The translations under genes and the position numbers were made by a program. A stretch of 61,509 nucleotides of DNA, filler included, from Choristocarpus tenellus KU-1152 (lineage: Eukaryota; Protista; Phaeophyceae), in assembly GCA_964200185.2 (NCBI GenBank). It is 14 parts of 14 records of this genome, joined end to end, with 100 filler letters (N's around TTAATTAATTAA, not from the genome) between each part and the next. Parts side by side here need not be neighbours in the genome. Positions count along the whole stretch, not along the records: positions 23,192 to 27,486 come from CAXNAD020015238.1; positions 27,587 to 32,224 come from CAXNAD020013682.1; positions 32,325 to 35,293 come from CAXNAD020023288.1; positions 35,394 to 37,984 come from CAXNAD020026472.1; 10 more parts are not named here. One strand, given 5' to 3'. Numbering within the stretch: the first letter of the stretch is position 1; each line of letters starts with the position of its first letter. The notes below the pieces were generated by a model. The model saw only the letters and a list, made by a program, of their open reading frames with translations. It was not told the DNA's origin and did no database searches. This document shows positions 23,092 through 36,199 of this stretch, piece after piece.

Positions 23092-25684
23092 NNNNNNNNN
23101 NNNNNNNNNNNNNNNNNNNNNNNNNNNNNNNNNNNTTAATTAATTAANNNNNNNNNNNNNNNNNNNNNNNNNNNNNNNNNNNNNNNNNNNNTCCGATTTT
23201 GTTGTTAGTTTTTTTTTTTTTTTGTGCCCGGGAGCCCCCCGGGGGTACAAGTGTTTTTTTTTTTTTTTGAAGCCCGGAGTGGTGGTGAAAAATATCAGTT
23301 GAAGTACGAAGTGCCGAAGGGAAATGAATTAATTAATTAATGCACGCCTGGTCAAGGTGGTTATAATACAATCGAGTTGAACTTTGGCCTGCTGAGTGTT
23401 TGCGTGTCTCGTGAGATTTGAAGTTGTACTTCCAGTCCGCAAGGAAAACGTCTTCCTGTTGTACTACGCGATATTGCCCCCAAAGCTATGACCTGGGCGG
23501 AATGATCTCGACGGAGGCGTTCTTCTTGGTGCAAGTAGTTCTGGTAGTGGGAGGGGAGGCGTGTAGACTGGAGTTTGTTGTAGCATATGTGATTCTTGTT
23601 ATTGTTATTTTTAGTGTTGGAAGTTTGTTTCAATCTAGTGTTAGGGATTGTGGCGCTGGCGTGGCCTTTACTCACCGGAGTATGGTATGCTGGAAAAGGC
23701 TGGCTGTGGCTGATCATGTTACGTATATTTATTTTTGTTTAGTTATGTTTGTTTATGTGTATTGTCTTTTGTACAGATGCAATCCCATTGTTATCTCATT
23801 TCTTGATGACTCGGAACAACAATCATCAGCCCAATCTTGGGATGCTCTCGTCATTAGGTGTATGTACGTTTGTCCTGAGTGAAGCAATTGTTTTCCCAGC
23901 CTTGCATGGCGTTACCGATTGTTCTCACTTTTTAATGGGGATATACATAACCCTAACCCTAATTATTGATAGTAACTTCATCACTACTACTTGGTTAGTG
24001 ATTGCTCTATACCATCTTAAGCTTACCAAAACATCACACCACAGATCATTATATTGTTACTATTAACATTTAAGTGATAGTGCACAGTTTCAATCGAACC
24101 TCTCAACTTCAGCCATGGTGCTCACTGCATCATACACCACTGAATGGACAACTTGACAAAGGTCTAGTTAATGTACTTACCCTCAAGTGTATATAACAAT
24201 AGTATCATGATGAATGTTGTATTCTTGATCACCTTGGATACAAGAGTCTTTACTGGATGAGATCACAAAACATCGAGAATGTAAAAACAGTGGCTAATTT
24301 TGCTTTACTGGGTCTCATTTGTTTTATCTTTTTTTTATGTGGGTACATGAGCACATTTTTGTTCATGTATATTGCATTTTCATATCCGTATCGTTCACAC
24401 TTTCCCAACCCATGTTTGTGCCCCCCCCCCCCATTGGTCCAATGAAAAAATAAAGTCTTGCTATCCACCTGGAGGATCGGCAAGATAGTCTCTGCCTGAG
24501 TCGGTTTGTGTCTAAGTTTGTTGAGGTGGACATGGAAAAGGTGGAGAGGGTGTTTGACCTTTACATGGAGTACTCAGAAAGGTGTGTAGGTGTGAAAGAG
24601 ATTAGGAAGGCATTGAAAAGGCGGGCACATTCTGAAACAAGTTGTGGGTACACTCTGCTTGGGAGGGGAGGGGAAGGGAGAGGAGGGGGGGTGTACATTT
24701 GTTTTGCCTTGGGGTGGCGATGAGGATGATTGAGAGTACTGGCTCTTTGATGTCTCTGTGATTGTGTTATGTGTGACCAGGAGAGTGTGTACGTAATGCT
24801 TTGCTGCAACTGGAAGAATGTATTGATATTGACCTAATCCACGGAGGCGTTTGTGGGGCTCTGAAGTGGATAGTGCTTGGAAGGCGGGTTTTGATTGTAG
24901 TGGACTGTGAGAAGTGGGTTGAGGTGGGATATTGGAATAATGCTCCTGGGTATGGTATCACTGTGCGATTGTACTAGAAGTCCAATGGTTGAGGTGAATC
25001 ATCACCCTTGTTGGTTTTCCCAACTGATAAATCGGGCATGTATATGCTCAGTACCTTTGTATTTTTTTATGTTTAAAAGAGTATCTCTTTTGGGGGGTTT
25101 TCATGTTGAGATTGAATCTTTCGGGTGGACCATGAGAGCTTCCTGTGGGTTAAATGTTGTGGCACATGATAGAAAAGAGAGAGTCAAGCAACTGCATATT
25201 TGTTCGGTTTTTCTCTCTATGATGTGTGTGTGTGTGTGTGTGTGTTTTGTTTTGTTTTCCATGTCTTGATTGAAATCGTGTTGTCCTCTTGAACTGATGG
25301 TTTTCTTGACCTCCTTGGAGTCTTTTATTTGAAGATGAAATTGATTGCCCTCTGTGATTTGATATTCCTTGCCAGAGTCAGAGCTGTAGCAGGCAGCCCC
25401 CCCCCCCCTCCCTCCCACTCCTCCTCCCACTCCTTCCATTCCAACCAAGACAGAGCAATGAAAACACCTTGGCAGAGCAGGTGTATCTCTTAGGGCTGTT
25501 CTAGTCTTGCGTAGATAGCATTTGCTTCATGGTGTCACCCACCTTTTTTTTTTAGGGTGAATGAAACCCTTGTCTCCTTACGCAAGTTTTGTATTTTATA
25601 TTGCTAAATGGTGGAAAATGCTACAACAGTACCTTTTTTTTTCTTGCGAGAATATCCCTTTTCCGCCTTCCGTCTCATGTCAAG

Positions 25685-26323
25685 AACCCCCCGAGGAGTT
25701 CGATGATCTTGCTTGGGCTTACTCTCCGCGACCGTTTTCAACCAATAGGGTTGCAAGGTTTGAGGAGGCGTATGGGAAGGGCAAGGGTCCAGCGGGAGAG
25801 GAGGAGGACAGCGACGAGGACGAGGACGAGGACACCTTATCTACCCGGCGGCTTGAGGCGGGAGCCTATACCCAACAGCGACTAGCAGTGGTGATTGTCC
25901 TTACGGCAGCTCGGAGCAAGGCTGTGGCAAAGAGGATGGATGAGAAATTGCACCAGGTAGGTTGATCTCTTCGATGGGTATTTTCACTACCATAGAGAGT
26001 ATTGTGATGCATCTTAGTGGCGGCGGGGTGTGTTTGTTGAGGAAAGGGAGGGTGATGATGGGGAGGTAGATGTAGAGGTGTCGCTGGAGACAGGGTTACG
26101 AATGGTTGTATCTGTCATCGGGAGGGCACGTGGACGATACCATTTGATCCCTAACCCTATACGTGAGAGAGGAACCAGGCAGTAAGTCGGGGCTTTTTTT
26201 TGTGCAAGGCCAGGTTCAGGAAGGCGTGTGTGTCGTGCATATACATTTGCTATTTTGACACAGCATACCTATTTACCTGCCCACCTACCAAGAGGCCCTA
26301 CCTACCAGCCCACCAGTCCAGGC

Positions 26324-26354
<31 letters not shown>

Positions 26355-27486
26355 GTGTTACTACAGTTAGAAGTTGAGAAAACATGTACAAGAATCCTTC
26401 ATAAACTGAACTCCAGTTTGCTACGCCTACTTAACAATGAGCACCTGGTGAAGGCGAAGTTAGATCTAGAAGGTCCCTCTTTGGTTTGACTGTAATTGAT
26501 CTACATTTGACACCCAGCTTCATTGCTCAATGCTCCATGAGGAGCTTGTCATTTTTCTATCAAGTAGTTTGACAACGGCCTTGGTGTCGATTGATTTGAA
26601 CCTCCCCCCCCCCCCCCCCCCCCCCCCCCCACAACAAAAATAAAACCTTTTCTTCTTATTTTTAAATTCTATTTTTTCTCTTCTTTTTCTTTNNNNNNNN
26701 NNGGGGTTTTTTTTTTTTTTTTCAAAAAATTTTTCACCCCCCCTTTGGTTGTTTTTTTTTAACCCCCCCCCCCCCCCCCCCCCCCAAACACACATAGATG
26801 AACTATCCTCTTCATTTCATTCTGAAATACTCTTGTTCTCCACCTGTTTTTGTTCTGGCTGCTTAATTTGACCCTCAGCATGGCTGGAGTCTCTTGCAGG
26901 TGCGTTATGCATTGGATGAATATATCAACAACCTTGGGGATGCTTCTCCTCAAAGGGAACGTCTGTTGGCACTCCTGCCCCCACCAGTGCCAGAGGAAAA
27001 AGAACATTCTGGATTTGGTGCTGGACCGGGGTCGGAGGAACGTGGGGGACAAGAGGAACAGTCCCCGATTCCCCCACCTCCTCCACCGTCCTCCCCCCCT
27101 CCCCCGCCACCTCCCGAGGAAGAGGAAGAGGAAGAAGATGACATCGATATGGACATCCTCGAGGATGAAATTGATCGTAACATGGCCTCAGAGTCCAGTG
27201 AGGGCGGTCGAACTGCGTCATCTCTCCCCCTGCCCAAGTCTCCAGGAACTCCTGATGCAGGGGGGCGGGGTGGAAAGAGGGAGGGGAGAGGATCATCACC
27301 ACAAGACAGGCACAAGAATGGAAACGGAGTCTCTGCGGGCATGAGGAAAGGTAGTGCTAGTGGGGATGATGAGGTTCGGAAGGGGAGTAGCCGGCGGAGC
27401 GGTCGTGGGGGGGGGGGGGGCAGAAGTCGTAGCAGGAGTAGGGGGAGGGGCAGAGCGGGGGGGAGGAGCCGTAGGAGGGGGGAGAG
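25685..27486 (+). CDS. Two exons (25685-25956, 26900->27486) of a hypothetical protein with acidic, poly-Pro and RS-rich C-terminal region
   Basis: Phase-0 junction CAG|gtaggt...cttgcag|GTG gives ...KRMDEKLHQ/VRYALDEYINNLGD..., followed by PPPP, EEEE and RSRSRSRG tracts; runs into the gap. A nuclear RNA-processing role is only inferred. Confidence 0.7.
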
Positions 27487-28523
27487 NNNNNNNNNNNNNN
27501 NNNNNNNNNNNNNNNNNNNNNNNNNNNNNNTTAATTAATTAANNNNNNNNNNNNNNNNNNNNNNNNNNNNNNNNNNNNNNNNNNNNCGTTGAAGGCGCTC
27601 CAAAGTGAGAAATGTTGATGACCTCATAGTATCTTAGGGGGGGGGGTTGCTTAGTTCAGGTCGTTCATTCGGGGCTTGATGAGGTGTTGTAAAATACTCA
27701 AGTTTGATGCCCATTTTGCGAGTGATCATTATTCCTTCAGATCTGGTTCAGGTATGGGGGTGGAAAAGGAAGATGGTTTCAGATGAAGAAAATTGCCCTC
27801 ACATGTCACACATTCACTCAGATGACTTGAAAATCGATTAATGTTCACACCAGTCCCAAATGGACGCCTTAACCCCTCCTCTAGGATACTATGGGTCTCA
27901 TACCAGAACGATAGTGGGGGTTCAAAGTGAGAATTCTCATTCGTCTTACCAAACCATCCACCCCCCTCAAGTGCCTTGTACTACATTTCCAAGTCATGTC
28001 CTATATTGTGTATGGACTGTAAAAGTAGCTACTGATACAGGAAGTGTCACGAGTAAGACACATGTGGGGTACCTCTATTGCCAAATCCTAGAAGGTACCC
28101 ATAGTTTTAATGGAGCCGGTGTACATCATTTTCAATTTGTGGAGTGTTGAGGTCGAAAATAACAATTGAATTGCCCATGAAAAATGTCCTCATTTCCTAA
28201 GTAGGTACTATAGGCACAAAATGAGTCTTGCAAGAACCTTTCTCTTCCATCATGTGCCACCAATAAAATCCTTGGTAGTTTCCACATCATCGAGATCTCA
28301 GTAGTTACTGTAGGATGTAGGTATCATTATTCGCTCACTTTTAGACTGGGAACTTCTCCAATCCGTCACCCTACCTAGCTCTTAACCCATGGTCAAATCG
28401 TAGTAGTTACACTGCAATTTTACTTCTGCCCTATGAACTCTTGCGTTAGAAAACGCTCCAATGGATCAGGCTGGATGTGGATGATAAAGTTCGTAGAAGA
28501 TACCTCAAATGAAATATCGTCAA

Positions 28524-28779
28524 GAGTGAAAGTATTTTAGACGGTACGAGTTTTGCCCTGTTTGTCCATTTGGGGATTGGCTTCCCACGGCTTTTAATGA
28601 CATTTTACCTACTCCAAAATGTTTCGGAGTAGGTAAAATGTATACGTTATGAAGAGGAGTGTCCAGAACAAGGATTGACATCTCCTAACAAATGTCATAG
28701 CCAAAATTACATCAAAATTGCAACATTGGATTTTGGTTCACAAACGGACACGACTATACCCTCTAAAATACTTTGACTC
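28524..28779 (-). mobile_element. MITE family A, best-preserved full copy with 4-bp TSD TCAA
   Basis: tcaa|gagtgaaagtattttagacggta...taccctctaaaatactttgactc|tcaa; internal perfect 16-bp hairpin at 28600-28641. Confidence 0.92.
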
Positions 28780-29302
28780 TCAAATATGTTGTATCTCTCA
28801 CTTCGATCACTCACTTTACTTCTAGAAATGGTGGTTTAAACATAGGTCTGAACAAAGATTAAAGATCTATTTATGGCATTGTAGTGTAAGTAATAATAAA
28901 TAGTCAAGATGTACAAATATGTACAATGAGGACCTCAATGTCATAATATCATTTTTGAAACTGCCATTAACACGTATCGCCTGTGACATGTCCCTCCATC
29001 ATGGAGCATAACTGTTTCAATGCAAAGAACAGGCGATTGGACAAGGACTTAAAATGTGACTCATTATCCCATCATGAACGTAGCAGAAATTAAATAAATG
29101 TCACTTCCAGGTCCTAACATAAGAGTAGACATTGTTGGGGATGCAGCGGATAAGGAAACCTGGAGGAAAGACCCCATTCCAATGTTTGCCCTGACAACGG
29201 ATATGCTAGCATAACACTCGCACCTTGCGGTACTCACTCTGCATTCGACACAGCGTTCAAGACAAAAACTTCTACGCCAGAGTCTCAGACTAATGTCAAA
29301 AT

Positions 29303-29842
29303 GAGGTACTGTCATAATAGGACTCTCCTCCTTTCAAAACCATGAACACAAGTAAATACACAAGATCAAATGGAACAAAGAACAGGGTACTGACATAGAA
29401 AGACTCTCCCTACTTGAGAACAGTGGACATAAACAAATACAGAGAAAATCTCTCTCAATAACATGGAAGTCGGGTACTGTCATAGAAAGACTTCTCCCCC
29501 TTCACGATCATGAAGACAAAGAAATATAGACGCGAAAAATCACAATGTCACTCATTGAAATAGGGTACTGTCATAGAAATAATTTCTCCCTTCAGAACTA
29601 TGAACATAAAAACAGATGCGGATAAAAATGTCAAACATTAACCTAAAAATAGGGATGCCGTAGAAAAGCTCTCCCCCTTCGGATCTATGAACACAAACAA
29701 TACAACACACACAAATATATCCCACAATCACATAGAATTAAGATACTACTATAGAAATGCTTTCCCTCCTTAAGAACCATACACATATACATAAATTCAG
29801 ACAAAAATATCTAACAATGATACATAAAGAAAGTCTCTCCTG
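29303..29842. repeat. Degenerate tandem array of about 7 units (77-91 bp) with a conserved core of about 48 bp and variable A-rich linkers
   Basis: Core approximately GGGTACTGTCATAGAAAGACTCTCCCCCTTCAGAACCATGAACACAAA, starting near 29305, 29386, 29473, 29564, 29653, 29742 and 29819. Confidence 0.85.
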
Positions 29843-31269
29843 GTTGTATCCATATTCCCTAGGATTTTGTGGTCAACTCATCCTTATGGAAAAACCTCCC
29901 CCTACTTATTCACATCCCCAGTGCGCTCTTGTTCGTTGTTCCTGCAGACTGGAAATATCTTACATGTCTTACCCTCCTTTTTTCTCTCCCTTAAGGTAGT
30001 CAGCCTTAGCATCCATTTTCTATCCTTTCTCCTTGTGCTACACCTTGACAGGGGTGCCTATGGGTCATAGACCAAGCACGACTTGTGTTCCCTTAGCCAC
30101 CTGCGCTTGAGTTGTGACTGATAGAACTGCTGGTTACTTCTGTACCTGAAAGCGGTGATGGCAACGCATGAGAACACCAAGAATTAGCGAAAACACCAAC
30201 GGACGACAGGACTTAGTATGGGAACAAGGCAGAGCCTACTCTACAGAAAACTCGGAACACACAACTGTAATGTTGCCAGTCCCCCCAAGCATAATCTCGA
30301 GGTTTTCCCGTCATTATAGGAAGACTCTGAGGTTATGATCTCGGGCACAGCCCACTAGTGGTACAACCCATTGGACACAGTAATGATACTGCAAGCTCCA
30401 AAGCTTACCTCCACGGGATGTGTAGCTCCAGTCCACAAGCCAGTAGATGGCGCTGATGTGCGTACAAGACTCCTGAGATAGTCTGACAGTTGAAACGTCC
30501 AACGAGGATGGTGAATATCAGATCAGCAGATGAAGGTATACTCTCATTCCATGAAAGCGTACGACATGGATTAACTTAAAGAGAGTGGATGGTAAGCAAC
30601 TCTAACCATAAACCCATTTTGAGTTTACAGACGCCGAAATAATATGAAAACTGGTTTCTCCTCAAGTAGCAGATCCTACCCTGCAATGTTTAGCAAATTA
30701 GAGTTCCCTTTTTTAAGGTTCCATGCGAGTGTTTACTGCTCGCACTGGTAAGAGTGCGAGAAGAAATACTTGAGCTATTCGACTGTAACAGTAAGGCGGG
30801 CCACACTCTTGCCTAGCCTTAAGGTTGTAAAGGGAGACCCCGAAGCCATCAACTCGAGTACAGGCCATCAATGCTGCCAATAAGGCGACCTGCATCCTAG
30901 AACACAACCTCAAGATCATAAAGAGAGAACCTGAAGCCGTGGTGACAAGTGCAGGTCATTGATGCGAACCCATGCTGTCAGTAAGGGGACTTGCACTCTC
31001 TTATACAGCCTCAAGGTGATAGAAAGATAAGGTGTATGACCTCCATGTTACAAAACGCTTCGCAACCTTATCCTGATGGGATATGTAGCTCCAATCCAGA
31101 AGGCTGGATGTGGATGATGAAGCTCACAGAAGGCGCTATAAAGGAATGTCAAAACACGCGCAAAATTTGAAAAATTCAGTCATGGTCCCCATTAGCAGAC
31201 AGTGGAGAAAGACAATTCTATCATGATCACATTCAACCTACTTTAATACTTTCAATCCACGCACTGATG

Positions 31270-31829
31270 CACCTTGACATCTTTGGCACCCCTCGTAGAC
31301 TTGGCGTCAGGCTTCAGTGTCTGCACTTTCTCCATGGTGGTTGTTACCTCTTTCTTCAACTTTTAGAGGATACTGTGACCGATTCCAAACCTTTGAGCAA
31401 CCGCAGTTCCCGTCATGGTCTTCAGGAGTGTCAACACTTCCACCTTCTCTGCAAAGCTCAAGCGTTTACGATTGTCGGCACCATGAGGCTTGTAGGACAC
31501 GACTTTCTCCGTAGATTTATTTGGCAGCAACTTTCCCTTGCCCTTGTTCTTATTATCGTGGCACTTTGATGCCGTGTTGTAACCAGCTAGACGACTCGAA
31601 GCCTTGCGATTGGTGTGGCTCACACACAAATTGCACACGTTTTCATATTGCTGCCACCAAAAGGATCCACAAGACCGCAAATGCTATGAAGATAGCCACT
31701 TCAAACGCTACACTTATGCCATGTAAAGTGTGGCAGCCCAGGAGTATTGCCCCGTATGGTGCAGCTGGATTCCGCTGGGTAGGGCATTGTTATGTCTGTG
31801 CAGTCATCTAAACTTGATGTGAAACACTG
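31270..31829 (-). mobile_element. pogo/Tigger-like transposon 5' remnant (CENP-B-type N-terminal HTH)
   Basis: RKRLSFAEKVEVLTLLKTMTGTAVAQRFGIGHS followed by a stop; possible terminus TA|CAGTG at 31829 on the minus strand. Confidence 0.7.
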
Positions 31830-32324
31830 TACAGTACTGAAACACAAAATACTGCTATACTGGTACCAGTACCTTCGCCCTCTAGGGTTGTCCCGTCATA
31901 ACCTTTGATGTAGATATCGTGTTAAAAATATAATAGCATATTCGTGATGACCGCCACAAGGCACTCCAGAGTACGGGCTTCGTTTTTTCGCCATTTTTTT
32001 TTTAGAAAGAGCGGTCATGTTGGGGGTCGAACCCGGGATTGTATGTCGCCAAGAGTTGCAACTGATGCCCGATTACTGAAGTATAGGTACTAGGAGGGAA
32101 AAAAGCCTTCCCTTCGTTTCTTGCTGTGTGTTCGCGCACCCACTCGTTGACCTCGGCAAGGATGTCCTCGTCGAGGCCCAGGACGAAACGCCTCTCATAG
32201 TGCCCTTTGTTGAAACACTAGCCGNNNNNNNNNNNNNNNNNNNNNNNNNNNNNNNNNNNNNNNNNNNNTTAATTAATTAANNNNNNNNNNNNNNNNNNNN
32301 NNNNNNNNNNNNNNNNNNNNNNNN

Positions 32325-32477
32325 GGCTTGACCCAAAATTGACTGGGATAAAGTGTCGATATGTTTTTTTTTGTATTTTGCATTTTAAACAAAAAACATC
32401 TACACTTTATACCAGTCAATTTTGGGTCAAGCCCATCCTCAATGAAAAGCTCCATCCTCAATTTTTGAAATCGGCTG
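32325..32477. mobile_element. Foldback MITE family D (palindrome centre and one arm)
   Basis: ggcttgacccaaaattgactgggataaagtgtcgat pairs with atctacactttataccagtcaattttgggtcaagcc; ends aatcggctg|tta. Confidence 0.8.
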
Positions 32478-33420
32478 TTAAATATATGAATTATCATCCT
32501 GAATGCTTTCCGTTACATTCTACTGTAAATCCATCGTATTCTGCACACTCTCCCACGAGAGTGAAAAAAATGGAATACCCATGGCTTCAAATCTCTCACA
32601 GTACACTCATCTTATCAATACAGTGTTAAAACATAGACTACTCATTTGATTTGTTTGATATGATACAGTATCGTCAGTACATAACAAATGTTAATTTGTC
32701 CATTGTAATGGTCGCTATTCTAACTTACCTCATTACCTCCTCATCACAATATCATCAATTACCTTCAGAACACCACAGTACAAAGGAAGCATAAGAACAG
32801 TCGCTTCCTATCACACATACAGGCACAGGCATACCATGTGTCACATCAGTTCCCTCAGACATTGATTCAAGTTTGTCCCCTTGTTTCTACTTTGTTTTTC
32901 CCTTTCTTCTTCACACAAGAAGTTGTCAGTTGGACACCATATGTTTATTATTTTTCCTTGACTGGCATTGCCCCTTCATAATTCATCATGCTCACTCTGC
33001 ACTGCATGTTCCAGACACATGCCGAGATACAATAATAATAATATTATTATTATCGCCAGAGTTAAAAACATCCTTCGAAACCCTTCTCAGCTAAGGTGAC
33101 AAGCCTCTTCACAGAGCATGCATTTCTTAATTTGAGCATCTCAATGAAGTATCACACATTTCACATCCAACCATAGTCTGAGTAAAACATCCCGTCAGAC
33201 GCACCAGAACAAATCTACAGGTGTTTTGTTGCACTATGACACACGCCTTTCTCTAAACGTGCTAACCACAGCACAACCAAGTACACTTTCACACCGACCA
33301 TTGTCTGCTTGAGTAAAGCTTGTCATCAGTCCAATTAGAACAAATTCAAAGGTTGGTACCCTTCGTCACAAACTAGACACAGCACAACAATGCACAATAC
33401 ATACGAACTCAGTCTTTAAC

Positions 33421-33870
33421 ACAGGTACACACCTCGCCCATCTTTCAGGATGCAAAACCACTTTTCGTCCACATGCACCCAGCCTTATAGATCGTCCACT
33501 AATACCCCACTTTCCCCCCTCCAATGTGTGTGACTGATGACGAAACCTACCCTGTTGACTTTCTGCTGGTCTGAGAGGACTGGCTTATTCCACTGCTTGG
33601 CCTTCTTGACCTTCTTGTGCTTGCACAGATCCCACGACAAGGCAAGGGAGACCCCACCTTTGGCCACCCATTTGCGGTACTGACGGGACATTCCAAACAT
33701 TGAGGACACTTGTATGGCAACCACATTGCCCCTTGCGATGTCGTAGAAGGTCCACAAGTTCACCCCATGTGATTTGGCTGTCATACTTGTTCAGATGACA
33801 GAACACAGTAATTTGGGAAATTCTGAAGTCCTCCACAATGGCTGCCACCGTCCCCTGAGGCATCCGAGTC
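33421..33870 (-). mobile_element. Tc1/mariner (DD39D plant-mariner-like) transposase pseudogene fragment
   Basis: KPVLSDQQKVNRVGFV...DL*GWVHVDEKWF motif containing the first catalytic Asp; stops and frameshifts. Confidence 0.85.
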
Positions 33871-34789
33871 TCGTCCCCTCTTGTCTCCAGGCATCACGCC
33901 ACCATGCTGTTCTTTGCCAGGATATTTGATTGTGGATCCCGGACAGACTTCTGGGTCAAAGAATTGAGACTAATGGGCAACAACGGGATGAGTGGGGTGC
34001 TCGAACAATGTGGGGCCTTCGTCCTAGGCATCCCAATAAACACCCGCTTTGGTAGTTTCGTGAAATTTTTGAACCCCATTAAATGCGACTTGGTCGACTT
34101 TGCACTGGTGATCCTCCACAGTCATGACAGCCCACCATCTCAAACTTTGCATGCCTCCCAATATATATGAGAACTAAGCCTCGTCCAGGGGGGGTTATCA
34201 TGAGGATTGTTTCGGGGTGAGAACTGAGCTCGCAAAAGTTATGTTACATTTAATTTCGAAAGGAGGAAGTATACCCCATACTTGATTTGATTGATCGATT
34301 ATCACATGTATGTTTGAAGTATATAATGTAGTGGTGCTCGGAAAAAAAAACGTATCTGTATCATAAAAAAAATAATGTACACAACTGATTGTACGGTTTG
34401 CTTAACTCTTGCGCAAACGACTCGTCATCATGTCAAAAGGGATGTTAGCCCCCACCACCAACCAACCCTAACCAAATAAAGAGTCACGAGTTGCAAAAGA
34501 CTTCCTGGACTGCACCAATCGCTGAAACCACACAAAATGGTCTGACAGATAAAATCACACAGGTATGCATACGCTACCTACTTGTCGAAAATATGTTCTA
34601 TGTTAATCTGCGTCAAAGTGCTTTTACCCTTTGCTTTTTAACCCCCTTTTTGAACTATAGATGCATGTATGCATGTGTGTATGCATTTGTGTGCACGCTA
34701 TTGCCGAGGAGACCGCATATACCAACCCTAACCCTAACCCAATCGCCGTACATAACTGAGAGCAACGCATCACCTGGCCCTGAAACTAC

Positions 34790-34909
34790 CTCAGAGATAA
34801 AGGACATGCTAATGACTTGGCAATATATTGCTTCGTATGATAAAAGCTGGAGCTTGGCGTAGGAGGTCTGACTGATGTAGGCATCAGTCAATGAACAGTT
34901 TGCAGGCAC
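34790..34909 (-). CDS. Putative isolated internal exon, unknown protein
   Basis: tcaaag|GTG...GAG|gtagtt, 40 open codons (VPANCSLTDAYISQTSYAKLQLLSYEAIYCQVISMSFISE); no homology recognised. Confidence 0.3.
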
Positions 34910-35412
34910 CTTTGACAGGATCGTAACGCTACTTCAGGACTGGACCGTTTCTCAAGTATAGCGGTTGATTTCTCCCATGTGGATGGTCCGTATCACCTGA
35001 TCATGTATACAAGGTTAAAATATGACACTTCAAAACCTACCACACCCTGATCATTCCACACAACAAATACCCATTTTCCTATTTTTTTTTTTTTTTTTTT
35101 TTTTTTATACTTTTTTATTAAGCACAATTCCGTTTAAACAACCCTTTTTTTTTTTTTTTTTTTGTTTTGGCATACTCTTCTATTAAGCACAATGCCGTTG
35201 AAACAACCCTTGATTGTTTTGGACACATGTGGGAGGGAAAGAGAGAGAAGATTGCTACATTTACTACATAATATTTGCTACATTTACCGGGGTNNNNNNN
35301 NNNNNNNNNNNNNNNNNNNNNNNNNNNNNNNNNNNNNTTAATTAATTAANNNNNNNNNNNNNNNNNNNNNNNNNNNNNNNNNNNNNNNNNNNNTAGGGAT
35401 GTTAAGAACCCA

Positions 35413-35490
35413 GATCCAAAGTATCTGTGGGGGGAGAGGATTCTACGCCAGGGTGTCCACATTTTGAACCAAAAGCAGGAAAAGTGCAGG
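35413..35490 (+). mobile_element. MITE family B left part
   Basis: gatccaaagtatctgtgggggag...ccagggtgtcca...caaaagcaggaaaagtg matches 48777-48850. Confidence 0.7.
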
Positions 35491-36199
35491 ATCATGAGTT
35501 CCAGTCCTCGTCAATGCAAGGATAACTCCGCGAGTGCTTCAGGACCCCTTGGGAATAATTTATGATACTCAACATCTATGTAGATAAATGAAGTAGTTGG
35601 TTCCGTCCATGAGAGTACTCACATCCTTATATTGACAATAATTACTCTGGTGCCTGTAGCTGGTAAGAAGCACGATTGTGAACTCAAATAATAAAATAAA
35701 ATACAGTTCAAAGTATGCATATCTGGGTCGTTTCATGTTACGCCGAATGAAAGTAGATAGATAAGCACGGAACCTACGTTATACTTCGAATTACTCGGAG
35801 TACGCATAAATAATATTACTATCAATGACTCTCACAGTAGTGGAACACCATGGAGACATCATCCCATCGTGCTTGTTACGCATCAAGTACTTTGTTCCTT
35901 TTCCTTCGTGAATTACACTCCTTGTTCGCAAATCACATTTAGTTTGGAGATCAACAAGTTTCCTTGGAACGTTCAATTGCTGAAGGGAAAATGCACGAGC
36001 CTGTTTCTGCAATATCGACCCCCCCCCCTCTTTCTCTGGTCGAAACACAGAGAAGAAGACAACCAATGAACAACGGATGCAAGAAACCCATCCAAAAGAG
36101 AATCCAAGGAGAAAGCAGCATTCAACAAACAGTGATGGTGGTGGTGTTGTCGCGCCCAACCTTAGCTGCTGCTTTAGCACGGGGTACATGAGCCATCTC

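Noticed and set aside
23360-25450. Possible gag and LINE endonuclease remnants
   Set aside because: Only weak motif impressions, with many stops.
29303-29842. Bona fide CRISPR array
   Set aside because: Eukaryotic context, diverged non-palindromic repeats, compositionally similar A-rich spacers and no cas genes; kept only as an unusual tandem array.
32005-32075. tRNA gene (GGTTCGACCCC B-box on the minus strand)
   Set aside because: No complete cloverleaf; at most a SINE or tRNA relic.
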